Shown here in pieces: positions 1-14,204 of a stretch of DNA of 64,000 nt. The stretch is from the NCBI RefSeq assembly GCF_009914755.1, contig NC_060926.1. One strand, given 5' to 3'. A model generated the notes under the pieces. It made no database searches and was not told the DNA's origin. It saw only the letters and a list, made by a program, of their open reading frames with translations. Each line of letters opens with the position of its first letter. Position 1 is the first letter of the stretch. Position numbers and translations under genes: made by a program. This stretch comes from the human T2T-CHM13v2.0 reference genome, Homo sapiens.

Positions 1-169
1 GTTTAAACTTTAATAGTAGTCATGGAGTTTTGGCCATTCTATCATAGCACAGATTAGCATTTCTGGTGTACACGTGGGTAAAACTGAAAACCCTAAAGTT
101 GAAGATTCAATTAACTTTGCTAAGGCCACTAAAACGACCAGTGTGTCCCTCATATGTCCTTTTCAGAGG

Positions 170-435
170 GAATGCCAGATCTTGGCTTTTGATCCTAGCA
201 TAAACACTAATTTGCTGTGCAACCCTGGGAAAATCACTTGATCTCTCTGAACTTCCACTCTTTTTCACTTTTGAAGTGAGGGTAGCAGAATAGATTATCT
301 TAAAGAGGACTAAGATGTCTAAGAGTCTGTCTAATAATGTTATGATGATGATGAATTGAGACAAAGCTTGTGAACTGCTTAGCTCATTGTCTAGTACACA
401 GTAAGCACTCAATAAATGTTCACTGTCATTATCAG
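170..435 (+). mobile_element. MIR-family SINE relic(s)
   Basis: Degenerate MIR core (GCTGTGCAACCCTGGGAAAATCACTTGATCTCTCTGAAC) and MIR 3' end (TAGTACACAGTAAGCACTCAATAAATGTT). Boundaries approximate. Confidence 0.75.
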
Positions 436-774
436 TTTGTTATTATATATGCACACTCTGGGCTCACCAACTTGAAATAGAACTTTCGGTCCTATTCCAT
501 TGTCCTGTAAGGATGTTACCCTTGAGCTCCAAGATCAAGCAATAGGTAAGTTTACAATAGTTGTAGAAAACTCTATCTTTAACCATAAGTCTGTGAAACT
601 TCAGAATCATGGGAGTGGCATATAATAAAGCATAAAAAGGCCCCATGAAGTCATTAATTTAGTCTGTTCCTTTGTGATTGGGCAACAATGACTCAAATTA
701 GACCAGTTCTGTGTCTTCATTACTTGATCGCAAAGTGTGTCAAAGACCTACCCTGGGTCCTGCCTAAATACTAC

Positions 775-1185
775 TGTATGTGGTTTATATCATTCCTTAT
801 GACCACCTGACACTTTCCTTCTCCTGTGCACATAGGAAGACCATATGTCCCCATCCCCCTTGCAGTTGGGTTAGGGCCATGTGGCTTAGTTCTGGCCATT
901 AGAGTTTAGCAGTGGTGATATACCCATTTTCAGACCTAATCCTTAAGAGCATCCATGAGACATTCCATCCCTCTTTTTCCCTTAGTTGCAACTGTGGAAG
1001 CCACATGCGGAAACAACGAAGTGATAAGATGGAAGCTACCTGGATCCCACACAGAACAGCGCTGCCTTGAAATGCTGCCCAACCCACACCGAACTTGACA
1101 AAAGCAAGAAATAAAGCTTCACAGTATCATGCCACAGGTGTGTCAGGGTTTGCTTCTGCAGTGTAACTTATATCCTAATTAGTAA
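775..1185 (+). mobile_element. MaLR solo LTR (MLT1I/J-like)
   Basis: MLT1 hallmarks CCCTTGCAGTTGGGTTAGGGCCATGTGGCTTAGTTCTGGCCA, AAGATGGAAGCTACCTGGATCCC and AAGAAATAAAGCTT near the 3' end. Confidence 0.75.
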
Positions 1186-1236
1186 GAAATCTGGCTCTTC
1201 AACATATTAAGGGAATGGACATTTATTAAGTGCCTA

Positions 1237-1490
1237 CAGTGTTTGTCAAACTGTGATGCAACCCATTCCTTGGTCATAAAATCAATGTAGTGGGTTGCAA
1301 TCACCATATCCAATGAAAAAACACAATATAATAGAAACTATCAGGGAGCATTTTTAGACTATAGGTTAAAATTGTTTTATGAAATGTTTGTTTTCATTTT
1401 ACAAGTGCACGTATGTAGTTGTTTGTGCCGGCTCATGATGTAAACTGTATTTCTTACTGTGGTTCATGGTCAAAAATGTGAGAGTCTCTC
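1237..1490. mobile_element. hAT-Charlie-type non-autonomous DNA transposon inserted in a MIR
   Basis: Starts CAGTGTTTGTCAAACTG and has the Charlie-like end TGTATTTCTTACTGTGGTTCATGGTCAAAAATGTGAGAG. Minus-strand MIR pieces flank it on both sides. Confidence 0.6.
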
Positions 1491-1625
1491 AAAGCAATTT
1501 TATAAGGTTGGTATTATCTCCACTTCATAGCTAAGGGCACCACCATTCAGAAAGGAACAAGTGATTTTTCAAAGTCACACAGTTACTAAATTGTGGCACT
1601 GGCATTTAAGCCAAGCTCATGTGCT
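1491..1625 (-). mobile_element. MIR relic (3' piece at about 1218-1236)
   Basis: GGTATTATCTCCACTTCATAG...AAGTGATTTTTCAAAGTCACACAGTTACT is the reverse complement of the MIR core. Confidence 0.65.
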
Positions 1626-2989
1626 GCTTCTTCATCACAGCTGGTGCAACCAGCAGCCTCTGGCCCAAAACCACATCAGCCAGCTTCCTCCTGGGTCTCC
1701 TGAATGTGCAACCTCCAACTTTACCTGGCCCTTTGCACATTTTTAGGAGCCATTTGTGAGCATTTCAATAGCTTCTATTTGCAAATATTTTAAACAGGTA
1801 GTATTTTAAAACACACGCCTAGCTATAAAATAGATCAGTTTATATTTGATTTCTCCCAAGTGGTACCTTGAATACCACAGAAGGAAAACCCAGGTTACTT
1901 AGGAGAAATGTTGGCTGATGCCAGGCCAATGATGGCAAAAGGGGGTCTGATATTTATAAATCACAAGCATAAGACAGAAAAAAGAGAAACCATCCATTCT
2001 TATAAGGCAGATGAGGTAAAACAGAAAAACTTGAACTCTCACAAGGCCTATCCGTTTCACTCATTCTCATTGATTCCTTAAGTGCATCCGTGGGCAATTC
2101 TAAACTAAAATATGGATGCTGCATATCATGAAAGTCCATTTTAAATATTCCTAGGAGCTTTGCCCCCTTTAAATATCAATCCATGTGCTTGTCAGCTTGG
2201 CTTCTAGGAAGTTCAGGCCTTGATTCGTTTGGGGAATGTAAACATTTTGCTGCCCAATTTGGAAGTTGGAAGCACCATTCTCAGTCTCATTCTTGGACAC
2301 AAGGCAGGGCGCCATGGCCACCCGACTGGAGAAGTTCGGGGTCATTTGTTCAGGTTTTACTTAGCATGGGCAAGAGACATGGTAATGTCAAGTTCATCTT
2401 TAACCCTTAGTAAAAGGGCCAGAATTCAAAACGAGCTCAGGAAGGTCATTCAAGTCTTGGCTGGCAGCTTCCCACGGAGCTGAGTCATGCTTAGAAGGTG
2501 GTGTGGTGCAAGATCTCTAGCCTTTTGGCCGGCAGAGGAGCTTCCTGCACGCAGGGAACCAGGCCCAATGCCCACAGGTCAGACAGGTAACAAAATGAAC
2601 AGGATTCTAAGAACACTTCTCACTCACTTTAAGTGCGGTCTATTCTATTCCAGCACAGCCTAACCAGGATAGCTGCCAGAGACAAACCTTTTAGCTTGCC
2701 TCGAGGTCCCCCGAAGAGCCACAGTCAGAAGGCTAGCAAGACTGACTTTGTAACCCCCACACCCTGTCTGGGCAGCTCCACCCTCAGTCTGACATAGCAA
2801 ACATACGTGGACACATCATGACTCCCAGCCCCTTTCCGGCTTACAGAGTGGTCCTGGAGGCAGGATCTTTCATGTTAAATACTTCCAGCTCAAATATTCC
2901 ATCAGAAACGTGTGGGCCCCATCTGGGCTCACATGTGCTGGCATGGCCTCGCCCACACCCCTCCTTATCTACCCCCAAGACATAACAGT

Positions 2990-4560
2990 CTGATGTTCCC
3001 GCTCTTCATCCCTGTCTCTTTGGGAAGGGAAGATGTTACTCACTAACCTAATGAATGTATTTAAAAATTGCAGCTGACTGCCATAGTAAATTCATGTCAT
3101 GTTTTTTATGATAGATAATATTTCAGAGACACAGCTCTGAATGGAACCAAAGAAAAAAAGGGGGTCTTCTTAGAAAAACAATTTCTGTTCGGAAACTCAG
3201 CCGCCCGGCTTTCAGCTGTTACTTCTATAGAAAAAACACATTCTGAATTGTGGCAGGCAGGCGACAAAGCCAGCAAGGGACTGGTACATAGAAGGACTTT
3301 TTGTGTAACTTACACCTAATGTGGGAAACTCCAGTCATGGTGCTGCACCTTTAAATCTCATTAAGCCCTTTCTAGGTATCAAAGGTGGGCCAGTCGTGCC
3401 ATTTCCTGAGTCCTGTCAAGCACGGTTACAGGAAATTGACAAAAGAGCTTCCATTAGCCTGGCCAAAATTCACGTGGCCCTATTATTAAGATGCTGCCAA
3501 GTTTGATCACCCTCTTAATCTATCAAGACTCCAAAAGGATAATCTCTTAAAAGCTTCCCCCTTTCCCACCCTTCCAACCCCCAAGTCTTTTTCTTTGTGG
3601 CTTAAATCAAGGTAAGTTGATTTTGCACAAAGTTTGGAGGGAAAACATGCTGGTAGTTGGTAGCTGACAGGAAACAAACACGAGACTTTTCTACCTGGAA
3701 ACTGTTCCCTTTGATTCAAGACTGAATGTCACCACTTTGTAAAAAAAAAGATGATTAAAAAAATGCTGCCTTCCTTTTTTTTTTTTTTACCTTTTTTTTT
3801 TTTTCAACCAAGAGTCTTCTCACAGTACCTGGCACTCAAAAACTCCCATTAGGCACACCAGAAGAATACTCAAAGGGATTACGTGCTCTTTGCTGGTTTT
3901 GTTTTATAAGCCAGAGGCCATTCAAAGAAAATAGAGCCTCCCGTCCAGGTGTCCCTGCCTGGCAAAATAATGGACGCAGATTGATGTGATCTGGAGGTAA
4001 AGGACATTAACATCCTCAGACCCCTGGCAGGCACGCTGCCAGCCTGGCTCTGGAGAGGCCTTGAAGAGCAGAGCAAGACTCACTTGCACCCCTGGACATC
4101 TCCCGACGAGGGCTTTTATTTAGGGACCAGCCTATAGGCAGGTGCTCCTCCCCCTCATAACAGAATGGGCATGCAAGACAGACTGCCTGCATTATTGGTT
4201 TAAGACGGCCAGCTGACAATACACTGCACCTCCTTTTATTTATTTCCAGAAGGTACACCTTTCTCCAAACTGAATTGTCTTTGATTTAAAAGCAGGGGTG
4301 TCTTCCCCCACAACCCCCCCTCAGCAAAGGAACTGAATCCATCTCGACACAGCTGCTCAAAGGCTGGCTGGTGGCTGTTACCTACTGAGGAGAGCTTTTG
4401 TGCTGCCCAAGGGAAGATAAGGACCGCACTGTGCACATAATTTTTGATCATCCCTGTTTAAATATGCTGTGTGTCAATCAGAGAAGTTTGAAGAACATTA
4501 TAATTACAAAATATATTCCTGCTCTATAATCAGTATTGTTTGTTATAGTGGACTTAGCAG
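2990..4560. promoter_or_regulatory. Repeat-free, enhancer-like block(s)
   Basis: About 1.5 kb with no recognisable interspersed repeat and many homeodomain (TAAT/ATTA), TGACA and CAGCTG motifs. Conservation inferred only. Confidence 0.35.
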
Positions 4561-4824
4561 TGATAACAATTTCAATATGTAATTCACGGAACTTACAAAC
4601 ACCTATTTTACATGTATGTTCAGGAAATATGCTGGGAAGAAGGAGAACAAATCAAAGGGAACTGCACTGGTCAATGGCCTGTCTGATGCAGGGTTGTCCT
4701 CTTGCGATGGCGACAGTGACGATACAATGGTAATAAACTGTCCCCACCTTGCAGACATTGTGTGGCCAGAACTCCTTGCCCCAGAACACTGGGTCAGAAC
4801 ACATTAGGTTCATTAAGTAATTGA

Positions 4825-5247
<423 letters not shown>

Positions 5248-6749
5248 TAAGAGGCCAAGGAAAGAAACAAGAGAGGAAGGCCACCAAGACACCTGGATTG
5301 TGCCTCTAAGAGGTACCTCTAAGTGGCAGACTGGATATAAATTTTAAAAGAGGTCCCTGATACACCCTCACCCTTCTCTCCACTTTGAAACCTGGTTAGC
5401 AAACCCACTCACTCAGCTTCTCCCCACCCCTGGATGGCTTCCTTCACGCTCGCCTCCCACAGGGCCCCCCTACTTTGACATCAGGATCGTCCACTAGCAC
5501 TCCAGGCCTGGAGAATGGACTGCACAGAGTTTGCTGCCTTCCTGGGAGTCCCTCGTGAGCTATCACAGTGAGGCAAGCTCCAAGTGAGAAACAGTTTGCC
5601 TTCACTGACTTCCTTTGACCTACAGAGTCAAACACACACATTTTAGGCTGCCAATCCCATGCTGTCCACCATCTGACCCCAGCCTTGCAATTCATCCTCC
5701 CTATAAAAAGCCCTCTTATTCACAATCCCCCGTACCCTGCTGGGAGTTCCTGCCACCGCCTCTGCTTGTGCCCTTTCTCCTGCTCTGAGGGCACTCCCTG
5801 GCCCTCCCACTCTACTCTCACCCTATCCGTCTAGATCCTACCAGTACTCACCCATAGCCTACCTGCTCCCAGAACTCCACACCAGGACTGAGTTTCAAAG
5901 TCTCTCATTTGACACTTGGTATACCCCCTCTTCGGTGGAGTTGCAGAATTCCAGAATGGAAAGGGGACTTACCCATAACCTGATGCAGCACCCTTCCCTT
6001 GTTCTTCTGTTGACAACTCCTACGTGTAGACTCAGTTTGCCCAATTCCCAGAACCGTGATCGTGCCCCTAGCCATGCACCTTCCTGTGTTCTGTAGTGCA
6101 TGTTGCCCATCTGCTGCCTCTCCCTGCTCTCTCCAGAGCTTCCACTGGTGGCCCTCCCAGTAGAAGAACATGAAAGAGCTGGCAAATAAAATCCCTGCTG
6201 CCATATTGATTTAGGTTGGCTGACAGCTCTGAGGCTGTAAGTTCTCTTTTTACTATCCACAACGTATAGCTTTCTCCCAAGTAAATTACCTATTATTTAC
6301 AAGACGGGTTGTCCTCGTCCCACCTTTATCTCTTTTCCCCAACTCCTCCCCACAAAATGAATCCTTGTCAAGGCAATAGATGTCTTCCTTAATTGCCACA
6401 GTTTTTCTTCCCAATTGTAGCATCACTGGCTTTCCGTTCAAGATCCCGAGTTCTGGACCATGTGCCAGGGAGAGATAAAATCAAATACCAGGAGATGAGT
6501 TACAGAGGGAAGGAAGCAGGAGCCGTGCTCCTCTGTGAGTCCTGGTCTGTACTTCCCAGACTGCACCGCACCCCATGCTCCCGTCAGCCCAAAGTGCCGC
6601 CCACACGAACGCCAGCTTACTTCTGATACCCTCATTTCCTCCCACGTCTAATGTTCACCTCACCAGGCCTTGTCTGCTTTGTTCTCAGAGTTTAGAATCA
6701 TTTTTTTTGTTTTGAACAAAGCCACTGTAACTTATTAAGGTAGTCCCAT

Positions 6750-6930
6750 GAGAACACATAAGGAGATATGCAGTATATGTTTAATTCAGGGGTAACATCG
6801 ACTTGGAGTAGAAAGGGAAGGTTTCATGGAAGAAAGAGAATTTGAAATGGGCCTGGAAAGACAAGTGGGTTTGTACAGAGCATTTCAAGTAGAGGACGTG
6901 AGGAGACAAAGTCACAGGAGTAAGATCCAA
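6750..6930 (-). mobile_element. L2 LINE relic
   Basis: AGGGAAGGTTTCATGGAAGAAAGAGAATTTGAAATGGGCCTGGAAAGA resembles the antisense L2 3' region. Confidence 0.55.
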
Positions 6931-7787
6931 TATGGCGGCAGACAATCGACCAGGACTGAACGTGAACTACAGAAGCTCCTCGACAACACACCTACAGATG
7001 GTCACCAGCGATGCAGTAAAGAGGCTTTTCACCATCACTTGGGCGAGTGGAAAGAAGGGGGTGGGCAGGAAGAGAAGGATGGAAGGTGGAGACCCCTAGG
7101 AACACAAAGCAACCAAATGTCACTCCTGGGGCACCCAGCCAAATGCAGTGGCCTATCAGGGAACTGACGGTGAGCGTTGGGAAGGGCCCTGGGGACATTT
7201 TTCCTGCCTTGTCCCCCTCTCTGCTAGCACTAGCCACAGAAGGGATAATGAAATATTAATTCTATCTGATCTGGGGCCACCCAAGCAGGATCATGTTACA
7301 TGATACTTTAATGACCACAATTCAGGCAACACAGCCTGGCTGTGAAGGAGGAACTCCTCTCCCAGCCCAAATCCAAAAGGTGCTCACGTTACAGGAAGGA
7401 GCAGGAAGTGGGGCCCAGAAACGGATCATGGGACCCCATGGATGCCCCCAGGACCCCTGAGATCCTGCTCAGTCCATTCGAAATAGGAAGACATCCACTA
7501 CTTTCCACGTTTTTCCTCATCGCCACTAAGGTGAGCTGTTCTTCGGCATAGTGTCACTCCAGAACTAATAAAACGTGAAAGTCTAATTGTATTAGCAATT
7601 TCCCATCATATTCTATTAATATGTATCATATTGGTATCCATTTTCACTAATGTGACATGAGAGGCAGTAATGTGATTACTTTTTTAGTGGAAACAAATGC
7701 TAATGTAATTAAATGTTGACCACATAGGCTAGGAGATATGGCAACCACCAGGTATTTGGGACTTTCTTCCTCTAGAAGAAAGAAAGG

Positions 7788-8536
<749 letters not shown>

Positions 8537-8782
8537 TCAGTTCATGTTCTGCATGTCACCCTTTCAAATATGCCTTTGTTGTCCTAGAATAATTTACTTT
8601 TTTTAGAAGACTCAGAAGGAGATACCACATTCAAACTATAAGCAAAGAGAACATGGGAAATGGGAAGCAAGCCTACCCACAAACCCTTCTGAATTCTGTT
8701 CTCTACTGAGCTGAGAATGAGTGAGAGCTTAAGGCTCAAATTTCCAAACAGACCAAATACCATTTTGGAGAGTTAAAAAAAG

Positions 8783-8783
<1 letters not shown>

Positions 8784-8825
<42 letters not shown>
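8784..8825 (+). repeat. (GTT)14 microsatellite
   Basis: Perfect trinucleotide run, read directly. Confidence 0.97.
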
Positions 8826-8826
<1 letters not shown>

Positions 8827-9529
8827 TCATCCAGGTCCTTTGTTCCTTCTTCCTGCATAGTTCAGAAGTGAAAACCTAAAACCCATTTTCTCCCTACTGC
8901 CCACCAGGAAACAGAAGGGATGTTTACCTAGAGTTGCAGTCATTGCCAGGGACACAGAGGGTGTGCAGTGAGCACCCAGCACTGCTGACCCAGGCTGCTA
9001 ACCAGCTAGGCAGCACTCCAGGTGACATGTGGCAGAAGGGCCTTTCTGAGACTTTTCCCAGCCGGGGCACGCAGAGGAGAAGAGCCAGGGATGACGGAGC
9101 AGACCAGAGGACCACTTGCGGTTGATTCCCAGCAGGATCAGAGCAATACAATATAGATTCTGGCTACCCAAGGCTGCCCAACGATTTCTGCCCAGAGTGG
9201 CACTATATCACTTCCAAGTTCCCTTCTCACTGGAAGAGCCTCTGGCTCTATAACACTGGCCTGAGAGAAACAAACCACTGGTCCATCAACTTTGACCTCT
9301 AACAAGCAACTCAGAGCTTTTCCGTCTTTCAGCATCCCTAAAACAAAGACCTTTCCCTGGGACATTTGGAATGCGCATCTGTAAAATGGGAATGGGCTTG
9401 TCCAAGGTGACTGGTCCTGACCCTCGAGGTCAGGACACATCAAAAATTTCATTTTCTACATCAGAGGATTCCAAACACTTGGAGGCCTACATAACTTAGA
9501 ATTCCATCTGGCTGGTCTTCTTATAAATA

Positions 9530-9712
9530 GGGTTTATGTGCTGAGCATTTATGCTAAGCACTTTATTTAATACTAACATTGACTCTCTGAGGAAGGCACT
9601 ATTAACCTCCTTTTATATATAAGGAAGCTCAGACTCAGAGAAATTAAGTGACTTGCCAAAGGCCAACAGCCAGTGACGGATAGAAGTAAGAACTGAATCT
9701 AGGCTGGCCCTA
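9530..9712 (-). mobile_element. MIR
   Basis: AAGGAAGCTCAGACTCAGAGAAATTAAGTGACTTGCCAAAGGCCAACAGC is the antisense MIR core. Confidence 0.8.
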
Positions 9713-9912
9713 ACCCCGGTATTCTTCTGCAGAGACCACCTACCTTTGTGGGGAAATGCCTTTTCTTGCAGAAGTTGCTGGAAGCTCACTGAGGGAAGGG
9801 GTCGCATTTCACCAAATCCAGTGAAATCAGGAGCTCTGTGTTCATCCCTGCCTCCACCTCTCACCAGCTCTGTGAGCCTGACCTGTGATTTGACCTGTCT
9901 GAGCAAGGAAGC

Positions 9913-10031
9913 CATGTGATTTACAGTCCAGACCAGGATGTATCTGAGAATGAGAGGAAGCACTAATCAGACAGGACACTGGGAGAACAGACAAACCGGG
10001 ACTGTCCTATGAAAATGGAGACATGGTCACA
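9913..10031. mobile_element. hAT-Blackjack MITE relic (MER81/MER94-like)
   Basis: Ends AAACCGGGACTGTCC...ACATGGTCAC, resembling Blackjack-type terminal repeats. Confidence 0.55.
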
Positions 10032-10239
10032 AAGCCTCGCACACTCAGTTGCAAAATGAGGAGTTTGGATGAAACCTCAAGGTCATCTCCTTGTGAAAAA
10101 GGGAAGGTATATGCATCTGGACAGCTCACCAGGAATACAAAACGGGGACTGTGGAAGGCCAAATGAGTACACAGAAAGCAAATGTTTTAGCAGGAGTGCA
10201 TTTGTTCATGTATTGCTTAAATTCTGAAAAACATGACAA

Positions 10240-11300
10240 AACACTTAAAAGAAAAGTCACTTCTAATTTTCTAATCTCACTGACTATAACTCCCTTGGAG
10301 TTTAGTGCATTTTCTCTCCTCATTTTTACTTATGTTTAAGAGAACACCGTTAGATATAAACATACATCTCTTTTTAATCAAAAGAGAGTAATAGTGTTCC
10401 ACGCATCAGCCTGCAATATGCTTTTCCTCATGTCAGCTTTGCCTAGTAAGGTGATAGCTGTATTATATTCCACTGCATGGATGAAATCATACATCTGACC
10501 ATTTCCCCTATTTCCAAACATTTAAATTGTAACCAACTCTTTCACAAACCAACTATTAACAATGTCATTAGAGCCTGGGCATGGTGACTCATGCCTGTAA
10601 TCTCAGGACTTTGGGAGGCCATGGCAGAAGGATCATTTGAAGCCAAGGGTTTGAGACCAGCCTGGGCAACAAAGCAAAACCCCATCACTATAAAAGAAAA
10701 GTCATTATACATATATCCTTAAACATATACAATATTGCTGATATTATCTTATGCTTAGGTGCTGGATAAGAGCATTTTCAATTCTTACAGACCCAACTAC
10801 ACTACTCACCCAAAAGACTGTACCAATTTACATTCCCATTCCCATTCCCACTGACACTATATGAGTCTGCCCATTTCCTCACACACTTATCAGCATCAAG
10901 TTGTTTTCATTTTTCGCAATCTGCTAGTTGAAAATATATATATAATATTGTTTAATTTACATTTCTTTAATAACTAGTGAGGTTGAGTATCTTCTCAAAT
11001 GTCTCTCAGCACTGGTATGTATTCTGTAAATTACCTGTTCATACTTTTGCTCATTTTGCTACAGGTTGTTGATCTTTTGCTTTCTGCTTTTTAAGACCTC
11101 TTTGTATACTAAGAATATTAATCCTTTATATGGTATGCCAATGTCTCCTTCCAGTTGGTCATTTGTCTTTTACATGTGTTTGGGTTGTCTTTTGTTATAT
11201 AGAAAAGTTTTGCCTTTATTGAGTTCTGTTGTATCTATTCTTTCTCTAGGGGTTCCCATCTTCCTCTGAAAGGCATCCTATCCCCAAGTTTATTACAATT
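10240..11300 (-). mobile_element. Old L1 (L1M/L1ME) 3' region, interrupted by FLAM
   Basis: Antisense ORF2-end motifs TGTACCAATTTACATTCCCA, TTTAATTTACATTTCTTTAATAACTAGTGAGGTTGAGTATCTT and CTGTTCATACTTTTGCTCATTTT. Confidence 0.85.
10571..10697 (+). mobile_element. FLAM (free left Alu monomer)
   Basis: Single Alu left arm GCCTGGGCATGGTGACTCATGCCTGTAAT...CAGCCTGGGCAACAAAGCAAAACCCCATC with A-rich tail. TSD AATGTCATTA/AAAGTCATTA. Confidence 0.9.
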
Positions 11301-12244
11301 TTGTTCACAGTGAAAGTTCAGAGCACAAGTAGACTTCTGGAGTCATCCTGAAAGAGGGCTGGGCTGTAGTGGAGGCTTGCAGGCCTACAGAGTTCTGGGC
11401 CAGGCCAAGGGGCACACAGGCAGCCAGGCTTCTTCTGCTTTTCTCTCAAAATGTTCCAAAGGGCAGAGAAGAGTAAATCCACACTGCCAAGGGACAGGGG
11501 CCCTAGCTCAGAATTCCAGTGGAAGGCAAAAAGTTTTTAGAAATCCTGGGTTTCATCTTATTTTCTACTCCATGATTTAGTGGTATCTGTTTTTCTATAG
11601 AAGTCATATTTTGGTGACTAACCAACTAAAATATTTAACTTTTCCTGCTTGAAATCCACTAGGCTGATGGGGCAGCATTGAGTCCTTGGCAGTAACTGAA
11701 CCCCAGTCTGAGATGCACCAATGCAACAGGGCTCTGCAAGATTTACCGAGCTTTCCCAGTGTTCACATTACTGTGAACATTACACCAAAGCAGAACTGAG
11801 GGACACTGTCCAGTTGACAAGTTTCACAGTTTAGGAAGCTTAAAGTTCCTTCCAGGATATGTCATCATGGCATCTGACCAGAGTACTGGTCCAGAGCAGG
11901 AGCAAAGTCTGGCCTTTCAGGACCTCTTTCCAATGCCTCCCTTTCCCATCCCCTCTCCTCCCCTTCCTCCACCAATGTGCCCCAGCTCCTTCACCTCCCT
12001 TCCACTCATCCCAAACTTTTCTTGTGATCCCCAAACTCATCTAGTTGCTCCACAGTTTTCCAGCATATTCCTTAATGAAGCAGCTTTACTCCTGCCTGCT
12101 TCAGAGCCACAGATTGCAGACCTGCACTCAGCCATCCAAAGGCCTAGGCAAGAAAAGCCCAGGATACATGGAATGTGGCATCTCCCGCTAGGACAGGTGC
12201 TGGGGCAGAAGGTTGAGTGTTGACGCTGCACTGATTGCTCAGAG

Positions 12245-12400
12245 GCACCTTAGTTACCCTCAGTCTCCTGATGGGCAAAATGGAGCTAACAACAGAGCTA
12301 CTTTGTAGGCTCTAAGGAGGATTAAATGAGTCAATATGAAGTCCTTCAAACAGCATCTGTCACAAAGTAAGCATTCAACAAATGTTAGCTGTTGTCAATA
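12245..12400 (+). mobile_element. MIR
   Basis: CCTCAGTCTCCTGATGGGCAAAATGG...GAGGATTAAATGAG...GTAAGCATTCAACAAATGTTAGC. Confidence 0.8.
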
Positions 12401-13023
12401 TTATTCTACTATATACAAATGCTCAGTTAGGATTTGTCAATTAATGAATGAGTCCTGTGCCACCACTTTCATCCACAAGAACAAGTGCCCCCATGCCCCA
12501 GGTGTTCCAAACCAAGGAGGGATAGAGGCTGGAGGGGGCGGCAGTGGGTGTTAAGCAGATATGTTAGGATAAGTAACTAGCTTGCCTGTCACATGGCACT
12601 TGCATCCTAGGCTGTTCCAAAAAAGAACAGCAGGAGATCTGTGTCTTGGTTTGCATCACTCCCAGCAAAAAAGATTTGGATGAGAAGAAACCGTCCTCAG
12701 AAGGACTGATTTTTTCAGATGGATTTACCTGGTGTCAGTTCACACCTTCTCAAAGTCTGACATTCCTTCTCTTGGGTTGATCCTGTAGGGCTCCCTCACA
12801 CTTTTCACTCTCTCTTTTCAATTCTGAAGCAGCATTGCGATTTGCCACTGCTGTACCGTTTTCATTCCAACGGCCCGTAGGGTCCTATTCCCAGCATGGC
12901 CCTACCGCTTGCTAAATGACAAAAGATCAAAGCTTTCATAAAGCCACAATGAGAAGGAAAGGGAGATCAGGTTATCTGGGCCATTCACCATCCACATACC
13001 CAGGCCTGTGTGCACTCATTCGT

Positions 13024-13025
<2 letters not shown>

Positions 13026-13057
<32 letters not shown>
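13026..13057 (+). repeat. (AC)16 microsatellite
   Basis: Perfect dinucleotide run. Confidence 0.97.
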
Positions 13058-13059
<2 letters not shown>

Positions 13060-13229
13060 CTCTGCCAGATTATAAATTGCAAAACCAAACAAGCCATAAA
13101 CTCTTATGAGGGACAAGAGGGAAAAGCCATGCCGAGAAGATAACAACAACAATGTCAAATTTCAGACATGACCAGATTTTGAGGGGAGAGGTGAGGGGGG
13201 GTGGTTCCAAACCAAGGGTTTGGGATAGA

Positions 13230-13580
13230 AAAGCTGACAGCCCCTTAGAACTAAAGCAGCTCGACTGGGTGCCACTATAATAAATCAAAATCAGTTATGT
13301 AAAGTGTAAAATTATCATTTGGAAATCACTCTCTCTCTGAATAATTCAATCATTGACTTTCACATCAAACAACCATTTCAACCACCCACACACACAGTTC
13401 AGCCTCACACTGGTCTTAAACTCTCTTTAATTATCAGCATTAACCTATCACATTACTATTTCATTCCTATTTCATCCTGGGGGAGGGGTCAGTGATTATG
13501 ATAAATCACAATGAACAAGAAAGACTTTGAGCTGTCCTTCCACACGGCTCTGGAGTTCCCTTGATCTGACGGTGACAGGT
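13230..13580. promoter_or_regulatory. Enhancer-like block with PBX-HOX/MEIS/SOX motifs
   Basis: ATAAATCA (TGATTTAT on minus) at 13280 and 13501, TGACAG at 13235 and 13573, ACAATG at 13508. Repeat-free. Confidence 0.4.
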
Positions 13581-14204
13581 CTGCCTTTGTCCCAGGAAGG
13601 GACAAGGACAGATAAGCAGCCTCCCTCTTGACAAATGCATTACGGATGCCAGTCAGGAGAAAAAGGCCAAAAATGCTTTAGAACCCAGCTCTGCAGCCAT
13701 GCGTGGCTGTCTCCCATGCTTACACCTCAGGCTGGGCAGGGGTATCAACTTGCCTCTCTGGTCGGTGGGTGGAACATGGAAAACCAGGTAAACAAGTTTC
13801 ACCTGCAGCCTGGTTCTCATAATACCCCCACGGGCAACCGTTACCCTAAAATAAGAATAAAAAACAACAATTTTTTAAAGACATGCATTTGTCTAAAGTT
13901 AATCACTTACCCCCTGGAAGAACAAATTAGCCACAGATGGTGAGTTGCCTATTATATTTTTTAGTGGGGGCTCTGGCCCTTGCCTTAGTGATCCCCAAGA
14001 AAGCGGGAGTGCACAAGAATGGACATAAAGTGAAATATTTCACTTAGGAAAAAAGGGGTTTCCTCTGTTACTGGTATGGAGTCCAGTTTCCTAGTTCTGC
14101 ATATTTAGGGGTGTCCCCACATACCTCTCCCTCCCCCTTACCTATCAGAGCTTCCAGTTTCCATATATTTAATAGTGAAGGGCAATCTAACGAAAGGGTA
14201 AGAA

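Noticed and set aside
6826-7167. 113-aa charged ORF resembling a coiled-coil pseudogene
   Set aside because: The first part overlaps purine-rich antisense L2. No poly(A), TSD or recognisable parent gene.
10831-10848. (CATTCC)3 as a TEAD site array
   Set aside because: Slippage of the native L1 ACATTCCCA. The CATTCCC context and 6-bp spacing do not fit cooperative TEAD sites.
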